Positions 28,899 through 38,674 of a DNA stretch of 62,140 bases are shown piece after piece. The position numbers were made by a program, and so were the translations under genes. Positions within the stretch are counted from its first letter, which is position 1; the number at the start of each line of letters is the position of its first letter. The DNA lies in the NCBI GenBank assembly GCA_964454445.1, contig CAYVTD010000013.1:1-62140 (forward strand), in the 5' to 3' direction. The notes beneath the pieces were generated by a model. It saw only the letters and a program-made list of their open reading frames with translations. It did no database searches and was not told the origin of the DNA. The stretch is from an uncultured Hyphomicrobiales bacterium (GTDB lineage Bacteria > Bacteroidota > Ignavibacteria > Kapaibacteriales > UBA2268).

Positions 28899-29627
28899 TT
28901 ATAGAATGTATTCGTCGATGTATAAAATATTATTTCTTATGTCGATTATTAGCACTTCTTCGCGGGCATTGATTTCATCTCTTTTAGAAATCGAAGAAAG
29001 CCTTGCCAGCATTTCAAATTTTTCAGAGCCAGCGTTTACAAATACTTTTCCATTCTTTGCTTTACTAACTTTTATCGTAACTATTGCTGATTTACCTTTT
29101 AGCGAGTATATATCGATGCTTTTACCTGTTTCGCTTGCTTTAAAATATTTCATAAACTTATAGCCAGAAACCCAAGCAAATGAACCAAGAGCGAGTGAAC
29201 CAATCAATCCCAAAAAAAATGGTATTGCAAGCAAATCAAGAACAACGCCGGTCAAGCCAAAAAAGGCGCTAAAAAAAACAAAATTTCTAAATGATACGAA
29301 ACTGACAGCAGAGCCAGTATCGTGAACTATATGTTGTTGTATGTCAGAATGGGAAGTTGTTATGTCAGAATGAATATCGGAAACATCGGAATGAATATCA
29401 GAAATATCGGAATGAATATCAGAAATATCGGAATGAATATCAGAAGTAAAATCGTGTGCATCAAGAGCAGTATCAGTACCTAAATCGCCAATATTCAAAT
29501 GATGGTCTATATGAGAATCGCTGTGGTCACCTCCAAATAAAATACTGAATGCTAGCAAGGAGCCACCAAATATTAGCGAGGCAAGATAGATGTAAAACAT
29601 TTTATTACTTTGCGATTGTTTAACCAA
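28899..29627 (-). CDS. NfeD-like membrane protein (flotillin-associated) with an internal DIHSDIS tandem repeat
   Basis: TM helices flank an acidic repeat region. The C-terminal OB-fold-like region is GKSAIVTIKV...GKVFVNAGSEKFEM. It lies immediately upstream of the flotillin gene, as in yuaF-yuaG operons. The ATG at 29600 (MFYIYL) is an alternative start. Confidence 0.7.
   Translation of the reverse strand: MVKQSQSNKMFYIYLASLIFGGSLLAFSILFGGDHSDSHIDHHLNIGDLGTDTALDAHDFTSDIHSDISDIHSDISDIHSDVSDIHSDITTSHSDIQQHIVHDTGSAVSFVSFRNFVFFSAFFGLTGVVLDLLAIPFFLGLIGSLALGSFAWVSGYKFMKYFKASETGKSIDIYSLKGKSAIVTIKVSKAKNGKVFVNAGSEKFEMLARLSSISKRDEINAREEVLIIDIRNNILYIDEYIL
29362..29447 (-). repeat. 21-bp tandem repeat (about 4 copies), in frame, encoding (S)DIHSDI(S)
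   Basis: cggaatgaatatcagaaatat repeated with minor variation. Translated it gives DIHSDISDIHSDISDIHSDVSDIHSDI. Confidence 0.8.
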
Positions 29628-29858
29628 TAAATATAGTTATTTTTTTCAATTAAATCAAAATATTTTTTTAAGATTAATAATTAAATTAATCCGAATTTTT
29701 TAAATAAATTAGTATTAATTAAGAATAAAAATTAATAAAAATTAGCAAAAAATCCACTATTTTTGAAAATGAAATGCAAATAAAACAAGATAAATAATTG
29801 ACAATTAATTGTAAGAATGGATAATATCGGAGATGTATAAATTTTAGACATTAAAACT

Positions 29859-30707
29859 ATGAAATTAAAGTTGCAACCGTTTATGAAAGAATATCGTAAT
29901 ATTTTGTTTTATTTATTATTTACAATAATTTTTCTTCCGAACTCATCTTTTATTGGAAAAGCTGGTATTCTACCGTTTTATTCGATAGAAAGCGCCATTG
30001 GAGCTGTACAAATTAATCCATTAAAAAGAATTTCAAATCCAGCAATCACGGCATATTACAACGATTATTCACTGAATTTATCATATTCGCCTTCGGTATT
30101 TGGTCTGAAAGAACTATCACCAGCTTCGCTTCTGGTATTAATGCCATTTTCTGATGCGATAAAAGGGTCTGCAAAAGTGGACTATGTCGGCAATAACCTT
30201 TATTCTGAGTTCACTTTCAATGCAAGTGGATCTTATTCAATAAATGAAAAGATACATTTGGGTGTTTCGGCTTGCAACTCTCGATTGCAAATCCAGAAAT
30301 ATCATGATGAGTCGATTTTTATGCTCAATCTTGGCGGCGTATTTGAAGTTAATGATGTATTATCGACAGGATTCTCGTTATCTAATTTAAACCGGGCATC
30401 TTTCGAAGGAGGGGATAAATCAATCGGGCAAAAAGCGGTTTTTGGTGCTTCGATCCACCCAAAAGAAAACTTATTTTTTGATATTGATATGGTTATTTTG
30501 CTCGAAAGAAGCTCGGGTATTGCTTTCGCGTGCCGTTATGATGTGTCGGATTTAGCTTCTATTCGCCTGGCATATCTGAGTAATCCTGCTGGCTTTGAAG
30601 CAGGGATAAAAATAAATCCAACAGGAAATTTCAGTATAATCAGCGAATTTAATTATCATAGTTTTCTTGGCTTTTCTTCTGATTTTGGTATTTCTATCCA
30701 CTTGTAA
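29859..30707 (+). CDS. Small hypothetical outer-membrane beta-barrel-like protein
   Basis: N-terminal hydrophobic segment, alternating-hydrophobic beta-strand pattern throughout, and C-terminal GFSSDFGISIHL. The stop overlaps the next ATG by 1 nt. Confidence 0.45.
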   Translation: MKLKLQPFMKEYRNILFYLLFTIIFLPNSSFIGKAGILPFYSIESAIGAVQINPLKRISNPAITAYYNDYSLNLSYSPSVFGLKELSPASLLVLMPFSDAIKGSAKVDYVGNNLYSEFTFNASGSYSINEKIHLGVSACNSRLQIQKYHDESIFMLNLGGVFEVNDVLSTGFSLSNLNRASFEGGDKSIGQKAVFGASIHPKENLFFDIDMVILLERSSGIAFACRYDVSDLASIRLAYLSNPAGFEAGIKINPTGNFSIISEFNYHSFLGFSSDFGISIHL

Positions 30708-32650
30708 TGAAAACCATAGTTTTTTTTATATTTTTATTAAGTCAATTAGCTGTCGCAGCTGACTTTGTTGGTTATGAAGATCTCGAAAATCTTTTTGAAC
30801 GCGTGGCTCGCGACAACGAAACGGTCCCATCGCTCGAAGAAATTGAATTTCTAGTTAAAAATCCAATAATTCTAAGCAAGACAAGCCCCGAAGATCTTTT
30901 AATTATTCCAGGATTTTCATTATTGTTAACTCAGCGAATCGTTGATTTAGTGCAAACGCATAATATTACCAGTTATGATAGTTTAAAAGATAGCTTGGGC
31001 TTGACTAATGAACAATTAGTTCTTTTGCGGCTTTGCACAAGATTTGTAATTGAAAAGAATCTAAGAAAAGATAGTTTTTATTACAGGTTGCGTAGTTCTT
31101 CCATTACCTCGCCTACAAATATGAGTTTAAAGGATAGCAAGACTGGCTCGAAGCCGTCAATTTACAATCGTGCTGAGTTTTATTCCAGATACGTCAATTG
31201 TTCGGCAATTTTCAATAAAGATGCTTTCGAGCAGAGCTTGACAGATTATTATAGTGGCTGGTTGGATGCTAACATAGCAGGTTTTAATCTTATTCTTGGA
31301 GATTTTTATATCGAAAGCGGTATGGGATCGGTTTTATGGGGCAATTATGGTTTGATGAAAGGTAGCGAAGTGATTGCACCCGTTCTTCAAAGAGGGCAAG
31401 GAGCAAAACCTTTTCGTTCAACAATAGAAAACCTCAATTTCAGAGGCCTCTGCCTTTCAAAAAATGTGGAATTCGACCCTTTGAATGTGCTAAAATCTCG
31501 TTTTTGGATATCTGCAGCACCCAAATCTGCTAATATTGATGAAGGTGGGTTTGTTACATCAATTTATCAAACTGGGCTTTATCGAACTGAAACAGAAGCA
31601 AGAAAATATCACACTTTAAACGAAAAAGGTTTTGGCGCAAACCTTGAATGGTTGATGCCGCTGTTTACCATTGGAGCGAATGCTTTTTCGCTTGATTATG
31701 ACAAAGAAACCATAAGCCAATCTAAATCAGTTTTCAATGGAAGAAGTGGTTTGCTTGGTTCAATATATGGTTTCGCTGATTTTCATAACACTTCGATTGG
31801 GTTCGAGATAGCCAAAGACGCCAAAAACAGTCTTGGAATAAAATCCAGTTTAGCGTATTACCAGAAAGATTATGAATTTGGTTTTCATTTTCGGCATTTT
31901 CCTTCGGAGTATCGTGATCCATACTCATATAATTTTGGGGAATCATCATCATTGGCAAACGAAACAGGTTTCTATTCGGGGTTTAGATGGAAAAGTATTA
32001 AAAATATTGATTTGAAGGTATTTATTGACATTAATAGAGGGACAGAAGCAGGTTTTAACCTTGATGCTCCAGTTCGTGATATCGATATTTTTACTGAAAT
32101 GGATTGGAGGATTAACTCGTATAATACGGTAATATTGCGCTTAAAAAATGAAGAAAAAACTGATGCGGTGAAGAATAGTTCGAATAGAAACATTACTATT
32201 CAAAAAACACGAAGAATTATTAGATTAGAGCATATTGCAAATATATCTTCAAAGGTTTCACTTCGTTTTCGGGGGGAGTGTTGTTTTACTGATTATGATT
32301 TTGCAAAAAAGAATGAGCAGGGCTGGGCAGGATTTTCAGAAATCAGGTATTCGTTAAATTCAAATATTGCGATAGGTGCCAGGTATTCTCTATTTGATAC
32401 TGGGAGTTACGACGAGGCGATATGGCAATATGAATCTTTCATACCAGGCTCAATGTTGTCAGTACCATTATACGGTTCGGGTATGAGGATGAACTTGTTT
32501 TTTTCTGCTAGAGTGTTTGAAAATCTTAGGATATGGGGGAGATATTATGAAACAGTGAAAAACAATACTAATAAATCCGGCAATGGATTAACAGAAGTTC
32601 TGGGAAACAGCGACAAAAGGGTCTCTTTTCAACTTGATATTAATTTTTAA
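30707..32650 (+). CDS. Outer-membrane beta-barrel protein with N-terminal ComEA-like helix-hairpin-helix domain
   Basis: Signal peptide ending LAVAA. Tandem HhH motifs LLIIPGFSLLLTQRIVDLV and SLGLTNEQLVLL resemble ComEA. The remainder is beta-rich and ends in ...VSFQLDINF (terminal Phe). Confidence 0.55.
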   Translation: MKTIVFFIFLLSQLAVAADFVGYEDLENLFERVARDNETVPSLEEIEFLVKNPIILSKTSPEDLLIIPGFSLLLTQRIVDLVQTHNITSYDSLKDSLGLTNEQLVLLRLCTRFVIEKNLRKDSFYYRLRSSSITSPTNMSLKDSKTGSKPSIYNRAEFYSRYVNCSAIFNKDAFEQSLTDYYSGWLDANIAGFNLILGDFYIESGMGSVLWGNYGLMKGSEVIAPVLQRGQGAKPFRSTIENLNFRGLCLSKNVEFDPLNVLKSRFWISAAPKSANIDEGGFVTSIYQTGLYRTETEARKYHTLNEKGFGANLEWLMPLFTIGANAFSLDYDKETISQSKSVFNGRSGLLGSIYGFADFHNTSIGFEIAKDAKNSLGIKSSLAYYQKDYEFGFHFRHFPSEYRDPYSYNFGESSSLANETGFYSGFRWKSIKNIDLKVFIDINRGTEAGFNLDAPVRDIDIFTEMDWRINSYNTVILRLKNEEKTDAVKNSSNRNITIQKTRRIIRLEHIANISSKVSLRFRGECCFTDYDFAKKNEQGWAGFSEIRYSLNSNIAIGARYSLFDTGSYDEAIWQYESFIPGSMLSVPLYGSGMRMNLFFSARVFENLRIWGRYYETVKNNTNKSGNGLTEVLGNSDKRVSFQLDINF

Positions 32651-33209
32651 GATGAGGAGAAGGATCCGCCACTTTTAATTTTCCATTTAAAAAATATGTT
32701 GGGTCAATTAAAGACGAAGGTTTTTCTTTGCCGAAGTAATTACCGCTTTGATAAGGTTTTACTTCGATAATTGGTGCTTTGTAAAGCTCTAAATGCAGCA
32801 TACTTGGATTGCCTTTATGGACGAGTTCTCTGATGTAAAAAGGAGAATCCGGACCAATTACATCTGTATTAAGAGCAGAACCGACCTTGCCAACAAGTTC
32901 ACCAGATTCGACGTAATCACCAATAGTAACAACAATTTCCTGCAATTCAGCATATTTATACATTACTTTTTCTTTTGTCTTGATAACTATGTAATATGTT
33001 TTTTTCCAAAAACTGCTATTCTCCGGGTCAGTGAACACACCTGCGTCGATTATATATCCGGATTCAATGGCAAGCACTTTCGAGCCTTCGGGAGCGTAAA
33101 TATCCACTCCGCAATGTCTTCTGTCGTCGCGATCTTCCCAAAAACACCCAGGTTCGCCTTTCTCAGGTATTTGTTTTGAGTAGCTTTGTGGTACGGGCCA
33201 TTGTTTCAT
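32640..33209 (-). CDS. M23 peptidase-like protein (LytM fold) with degenerate second His motif; no signal peptide seen
   Basis: HxxxD motif RHCGVD is present, but the usual HxH is replaced by LHLE in SMLHLELY. No N-terminal hydrophobic signal. Confidence 0.55.
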   Translation of the reverse strand: MKQWPVPQSYSKQIPEKGEPGCFWEDRDDRRHCGVDIYAPEGSKVLAIESGYIIDAGVFTDPENSSFWKKTYYIVIKTKEKVMYKYAELQEIVVTIGDYVESGELVGKVGSALNTDVIGPDSPFYIRELVHKGNPSMLHLELYKAPIIEVKPYQSGNYFGKEKPSSLIDPTYFLNGKLKVADPSPHLKN

Positions 33210-33235
33210 AAAAATTGATTGTTCTTTATATGTTA

Positions 33236-34045
33236 TTATTTTCTAGCAGACAAGCCATTTTTTTGTTTATAGTATTGCTTGATAGCCTTAAGAAAACCAT
33301 TGCCAATCGGTTTGGATAGTGGGTTGTTTTCAGCCAAGCGTTCAGGATGCCATTGCACAGCAATTAAAAACGGCTTTCCTTCTGCTTCTTTCCACTCGTA
33401 CGCCTCTATCAAGCCATCTTGCGACATTGCTGTAACTTTGAAGTCATCGGCAAGATGCTCAACTGCTTGATGATGGTTGCTGTTTACAATATCATTTGTA
33501 ACCCCTGACAATCGATTGAGCAAAGAGCCAGGCAAGACTTGTACGCTATGTTTGCAATTTACAACATCTTTACACCTGTGGACAATATCTTTTCCAAAAT
33601 CTTCAGGTATATCGACAATAAGAGAACCACCATAAGCTACATTTAAAATCTGTTCGCCTCTGCATATTGCTAAAATCGGTAATTTCATTTGTTTGGCTAT
33701 TTTTATCAAAGAAAACTCCAGTGTATCGCGTCGATAATCAATTTCACAGCGAACCGAGTCATATCCTTTACCGTAATTAGATGGAGCTACGTCGGGTCCG
33801 CCGCTTATTATTAGTCCAGAGCATTCTTTGATGATGGCTTCAGCTTCTTTCAAGTCGAGATGATATAAATCGATAGCTTCGACATCGGAATCGAGCGATT
33901 CTATCCATTTGGCATATTGTTCGTAACCCTCAGAGCCAGCACTTTTGGAAATGCCTATTTTTATCGGCTCTTTGCAAGCTAAGAACAATGATGAAATTAG
34001 TGCTATAAATAGCAAAAATCTAAGGGACTTAAAAGATATTCTCAT
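33236..34045 (-). CDS. Class-I glutamine amidotransferase-like / peptidase C26 (gamma-glutamyl hydrolase, PuuD-like) with lipoprotein signal
   Basis: Catalytic Cys context LAICRGEQILN, and His in VQWHPE. Start at 34045 gives MRISFKSLRFLLFIALISSLFLAC (lipobox). Confidence 0.7.
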   Translation of the reverse strand: MRISFKSLRFLLFIALISSLFLACKEPIKIGISKSAGSEGYEQYAKWIESLDSDVEAIDLYHLDLKEAEAIIKECSGLIISGGPDVAPSNYGKGYDSVRCEIDYRRDTLEFSLIKIAKQMKLPILAICRGEQILNVAYGGSLIVDIPEDFGKDIVHRCKDVVNCKHSVQVLPGSLLNRLSGVTNDIVNSNHHQAVEHLADDFKVTAMSQDGLIEAYEWKEAEGKPFLIAVQWHPERLAENNPLSKPIGNGFLKAIKQYYKQKNGLSARK

Positions 34046-34197
34046 ATTCAATAATAAAATTATAAAAGTGGCTGTTATAATACATTTAAATAACAAAAAA
34101 AACTTGAATTTGTTTATAGACTTTATTATTAAATCTTAATAGTTAATATTCATTACTGTTGGTAGTCGAATTTGCTATAATTATTAACAAAAAGTAA

Positions 34198-35238
34198 TCA
34201 AAGAACTAATTTTTGGAGTTTGTCAATTAATAATTCCCTATTTTTTGATATTTCTGTATTAATTGGCATTACAATACATTTAAGTTTATTCTCTTGAAAA
34301 AAAGGGGCAAATTTAATTAGTTTTACAGCATCTTTTTCAGTAGTAATAAAAAATGGTTTTGCCGGGTAAGTGCCAATTCCCATCAGTTCTGTAATATATT
34401 CGTCGATTTTTTGTATATCTTTGATTTTATAGAAATAATGGTCAGAAAAAGTAAAATGGTTAATCACATTTATATCTGATTTGTGCAAAGTATCTTTAAA
34501 ACGTTGAGGATTGGCAATACCAGATACTGCTATTGCTCCTATTTTTAAAAAAGTCATTTCTTCTAAAGATAGCGCTTCCCCGTCAATAATATGATAAGGA
34601 GTTCCTGTTGTAGTAGTCATCTGGACAAGCAATTGATCTTGCCGGATATAAGGAAAGATTTCTGCTTCTGCAACATTATCATGTATAACAATAAGCGAAG
34701 CTCTGCTTAAATTTTCAAAGGGTTCGCGCAAGAGTCCTGAAGGGATTAAATTTTTATGGTCAATAGTGTTTCTGTCGATGATAATAATATCCAAATCCCT
34801 TTTTAGAATACGATGCTGAAATCCGTCGTCAACTATTATGCAATCGATGTTAAACTTTTGTGATAAAGTAATAGCGCTAGCATATTTTTTTGAATTTGAG
34901 ACTATGGGAACAGTCGGAATCTGCTTTGCCATCATTAGCATTTCGTCACCGGCAGTATCTGCATCGGCTAAAATGCTTTTTCCATCAGAAACAATGATTT
35001 CTCCTCTAGATTTCTTTTTATATCCTCTGCCGACAACCGCAGGTTTTTTCCCCATAGCAAGCAATTCTTTGGCAATTAGCACCGTAAGAGGTGTCTTGCC
35101 ACTGCCTCCAACGGTAAGATTGCCAATGCTAATTACTGGCAAGGGAACTGAATATGAAGAATAAGTCTTATTGTCGTATTTCTTGTTGCGGAATTTAACA
35201 AAAAAATTGTAGATTTTAGAAATTAATACCAATAGCAT
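34198..35238 (-). CDS. lpxK: Tetraacyldisaccharide 4'-kinase
   Basis: P-loop ISIGNLTVGGSGKTP and the overall LpxK layout. Confidence 0.85.
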   Translation of the reverse strand: MLLVLISKIYNFFVKFRNKKYDNKTYSSYSVPLPVISIGNLTVGGSGKTPLTVLIAKELLAMGKKPAVVGRGYKKKSRGEIIVSDGKSILADADTAGDEMLMMAKQIPTVPIVSNSKKYASAITLSQKFNIDCIIVDDGFQHRILKRDLDIIIIDRNTIDHKNLIPSGLLREPFENLSRASLIVIHDNVAEAEIFPYIRQDQLLVQMTTTTGTPYHIIDGEALSLEEMTFLKIGAIAVSGIANPQRFKDTLHKSDINVINHFTFSDHYFYKIKDIQKIDEYITELMGIGTYPAKPFFITTEKDAVKLIKFAPFFQENKLKCIVMPINTEISKNRELLIDKLQKLVL

Positions 35239-35265
35239 TATTGTGTTTAAAAGAGTCTTTTCGCA

Positions 35266-35667
35266 TTACAAATATTTTCTTATTACATCAAGGAATTCTT
35301 TGATGATTATCGGTTTAGTTATGAAATCATCGCAACCTATTTCATTTGCTTTTTGTCTATCGCTGAAATAAATAAGAGCAGTTTGGACGATGATAATGAT
35401 GTCTGGGCGCTTTTTCTTGATAATTTCTGCTGCTGACAGCCCATCCATAACAGGCATTTTAATATCCATAAGAATAATTGAAATCTCAGGATTTTCATCG
35501 ACTGCATCAATTGCCAATTGCCCATTAGTAACCTTGATTAACTTAAGATTCGTTTTGCGAAGAGCTTTGACTAATAGCTCAGAACTATTGGCATCGTCTT
35601 CGACAATCAAGAGTGTTTTCTCTGATGTTATGTCTTTACCGGTACCCAAGTATGCAAACTTTTTCAT
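35266..35667 (-). CDS. Single-domain response regulator (CheY-like receiver)
   Basis: LLIVEDD ... ILMDIKMPVMDG with the phospho-acceptor Asp. 133 aa and no output domain. Confidence 0.8.
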   Translation of the reverse strand: MKKFAYLGTGKDITSEKTLLIVEDDANSSELLVKALRKTNLKLIKVTNGQLAIDAVDENPEISIILMDIKMPVMDGLSAAEIIKKKRPDIIIIVQTALIYFSDRQKANEIGCDDFITKPIIIKEFLDVIRKYL

Positions 35668-35703
35668 TTGTAAAAAGTTAATTATAATTAATCAAAGCAA
35701 AAT

Positions 35704-36318
35704 CTATGCCTTAATCTTATTTTTCTTTTTAAATAAATCTGGAAAAAGTGATTCTTCGATTATTTCACACCAAATATGTCCTATTAAAATGTGCGATTCT
35801 TGTATTCTAGCTGTTACATTCGAGGGAACAACGACAGCATCATCGCATAGTTCAAGGATTTTGCCGCCGTTTCCACCGAGCAAGCCAATAGTGAGCATTC
35901 CCAGCTTTTTTGCTTGTTTCATTGCTCGGAACACATTTTCGGAATTGCCGCTTGTGCTAATGCCGACAAGAGTATCTTTTTTCAAGCCATAAGCTTCCAC
36001 AGCCCTTGCAAAAACATTCTCGAAGCCCAAATCATTAGCACCGGCAGTTATTAAAGAAGTATCTACTGTGAGGGCAATTGCAGGCAAAGCTTTGCGATTG
36101 ACATTGCTCCGAAAGCGGATAACGAATTCAGCTGCGAGATGCTGGCTGTCGGCAGCGCTACCGCCATTGCCACATAAGAGAATTTTCCCCCCATTGCCAA
36201 GCACTTGAGCAAGTTTTATCGAAGTTGAATATATCTGGTCAGCGCAATCGGACATTAATCGAGTTTTAACGGTAATGCTTTCTGCAATAATATCGGATAT
36301 ATGGTTTAAAATGGCCAT
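35704..36318 (-). CDS. gmhA: Phosphoheptose (D-sedoheptulose-7-phosphate) isomerase
   Basis: SIS domain with CGNGGSAADSQHLAAEF and TIGLLGGNGG. Confidence 0.85.
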   Translation of the reverse strand: MAILNHISDIIAESITVKTRLMSDCADQIYSTSIKLAQVLGNGGKILLCGNGGSAADSQHLAAEFVIRFRSNVNRKALPAIALTVDTSLITAGANDLGFENVFARAVEAYGLKKDTLVGISTSGNSENVFRAMKQAKKLGMLTIGLLGGNGGKILELCDDAVVVPSNVTARIQESHILIGHIWCEIIEESLFPDLFKKKNKIKA

Positions 36319-36395
36319 AGACTAGCTCCAAGTTTTTTCTTATTAAGTATTTTTTTGTTTTTTTTATTAAAAAAATTCAGTTGTTTGAAAGATTT

Positions 36396-36989
36396 TTATA
36401 TATTGGCGAGTTCTCGCTTTAAAATTGCGAGCAATTCGGTTCTCCCCAAGCCAGAACGAGAGGAATAAGGAAGAACTTCGACAATATACCGGCAATTTTG
36501 GACAAGATGCTCGATTTGTTTCTTTCGTTCATCAATATTTTTTTGTGATAGTTTATCGCATTTTGTTAAAATAATAATATATTTTCTATCGATATTTTCA
36601 AGAGTTTCGATAAGGGCAAGGTCGTTATCCATAGGATCGTGTCGGCTATCAACAAGGCAACAAACAAGTTTTAGATTTATTCTGTTTTCGAGGTAAGCCA
36701 GATTAAGCTCCTTCCATTTCAAGCGCTCTTTTTTCCCAATGGCGGCATAACCAAAGCCGGGAAGATCGGCAAAACTCCATTTGTTTTCAACAAGAAAGAA
36801 ATTGATTTGCTGTGTTTTCCCAGGTGTCGAACTTGTGAAAGCAAGATTCTTTCTATTTACAATGCTATTGAGCAGCGAAGACTTGCCTACATTGGAGCGT
36901 CCGGCAAAAGCTACTTCAGGCAAATTGACAGCAGGGAAAGCTCCTGCTTCAATTACTCCAATTGAAAACTCAGCATTAAGGTTTTTCAT
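36396..36989 (-). CDS. engB: Ribosome-biogenesis GTPase YihA/EngB
   Basis: G1 GRSNVGKSS and G3 DLPGFGYA, with a characteristic length of about 200 aa. Confidence 0.85.
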   Translation of the reverse strand: MKNLNAEFSIGVIEAGAFPAVNLPEVAFAGRSNVGKSSLLNSIVNRKNLAFTSSTPGKTQQINFFLVENKWSFADLPGFGYAAIGKKERLKWKELNLAYLENRINLKLVCCLVDSRHDPMDNDLALIETLENIDRKYIIILTKCDKLSQKNIDERKKQIEHLVQNCRYIVEVLPYSSRSGLGRTELLAILKRELANI

Positions 36990-37142
36990 CGAATATTTAA
37001 CAGAAAAATCAGCCTTTATAAAAAAAATTGAGAATCTTAATTTACTTAAAGCGAATATACTCTAAAATATTATTAATACCAAAAAAAATAAGTTTAATTG
37101 CTATTTCGTTTCTATATATTTATTGTTTTCAGTTGGAAAAAT

Positions 37143-38594
37143 ATGATAAGATTACATAATTCGCTGTCAAGAAAAGTCGAAGATTTCATTCCTTTGGAAG
37201 ATAATTTGGTCAGAATATATTCTTGCGGTCCTACTGTCTATAATTATGCACATATCGGCAATATGCGTGCTTTTTTGTTTGCTGATTTATTGCAAAGAGT
37301 GTTGCGAATTGTTGGTGCTTACAAAGTTAAATGGGTGATGAACATAACCAATATTGATGATAAGACAATTCGCGATAGCGCTCCTGGCAGCAGGCAATGG
37401 CTAGATGCTATGGGTGATCAGACTCAAGATTTGAAAGAGAATCTGAAGAGCTTTACTGATTATTTCGAAAAATCGTTTATAGAAGATATAAGCAAGCTTG
37501 GCATCGAGCTAGATCATTTTTTTGCAATGCCACGTGCAACAGAATTCATTGAAAGTATGAAAGTGCTTGTTAAAAGGATTGTCGATAACGGCTATGGCTA
37601 TATATCGGGCGATTCCGTCTATTTTGATGTCAAGGAATGGCGTAAGCAACATACTTACGGGCGCCTTTTCAAGATAGATTTCGACAATTTCCGCACCGGT
37701 GAGCGAATTGATGCCGACCAATACGAGCGCGACCAAGTTAGTGATTTTGTGTTATGGAAGGGGAAAAAGGAAGGCGAACCCTTCTGGGAGTTCGAACTAA
37801 ATGGTAAAAGAGTTGATGGCCGCCCTGGCTGGCATATCGAATGTTCTTGTATGGAGCAAGACTTGTTGGGCTTGCCGTTTGATATCCACACTGGGGGTGT
37901 CGATTTGAAATTTCCTCATCACGAAGATGAGATTGCCCAAAGCCACGCCGGTTATGGTATAGACCCCACAGTCTATTGGATGCACAATGAATTTTTGGAG
38001 GTAGAAGGCAGCAAGATGAGCAAAACTTTAGGTAATTTCTTTACTTTAAGGGAGCTAATTGAAAAAGGAATTGATCCGCTCGATGTTCGTTTTGCTATGT
38101 TTTCGGTACATTACGGCTCAAAATATAATTTTACTTTTAGTGGTTTGGAAGCTGCTCGCAAAGCACGATTTAGGATTCAAGATTATATTTATGACTTATT
38201 TAATAATGTTAATGGGAATCGTTCAATAGCTGTCGAAAGCGATTTAAAAGTAAAAATATATGATCAATTAGCTAATGATTTGCACACTCCAAAAGCGCTT
38301 GGGGAAATATTTACTTTTATCAATCAAAATCCTGCTACTGAATTAAATAGCGATTCGAAGAAAGCACTTATTTCTCTTTTTAACGAGCTTAACGGCATAT
38401 TTAATGTCTGGTCAATTAACGAAAGAAAAGAGGAAAGGCAAGAAATACCTGAAAACATCATAGAACTTGCTGAAAATCGGCTGGCTGCAAAAAAGGCACG
38501 GGATTTCGCCTTGTCTGACTCTCTTCGAAATGAGATAATTGCTTTAGGATACTCGATTAAAGATACTAAAGATTCTTACGAAATTACTAAATAA
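37143..38594 (+). CDS. cysS: Cysteine--tRNA ligase
   Basis: HIGN (YAHIGNMRA) and KMSKT motifs (KMSKTLGN). The start was moved to the ATG at 37143 (MIRLHN), because the upstream extension is a hydrophobic artefact. Confidence 0.9.
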   Translation: MIRLHNSLSRKVEDFIPLEDNLVRIYSCGPTVYNYAHIGNMRAFLFADLLQRVLRIVGAYKVKWVMNITNIDDKTIRDSAPGSRQWLDAMGDQTQDLKENLKSFTDYFEKSFIEDISKLGIELDHFFAMPRATEFIESMKVLVKRIVDNGYGYISGDSVYFDVKEWRKQHTYGRLFKIDFDNFRTGERIDADQYERDQVSDFVLWKGKKEGEPFWEFELNGKRVDGRPGWHIECSCMEQDLLGLPFDIHTGGVDLKFPHHEDEIAQSHAGYGIDPTVYWMHNEFLEVEGSKMSKTLGNFFTLRELIEKGIDPLDVRFAMFSVHYGSKYNFTFSGLEAARKARFRIQDYIYDLFNNVNGNRSIAVESDLKVKIYDQLANDLHTPKALGEIFTFINQNPATELNSDSKKALISLFNELNGIFNVWSINERKEERQEIPENIIELAENRLAAKKARDFALSDSLRNEIIALGYSIKDTKDSYEITK

Positions 38595-38674
38595 ATGAAT
38601 ACTATTGGAAAAATGATAAAATTATTGTAAATTGCTTTTTTTTAATTGAAAATGGAATAAAAATAGATTAGTTT

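Noticed and set aside
37098-37142. Upstream extension of cysS (MLFRFYIFIVFSWKN) in the ORF track
   Set aside because: The extension is hydrophobic and unlike any CysS N-terminus. The conserved enzyme begins at MIRLHNSLSRK, so the ATG at 37143 was chosen.
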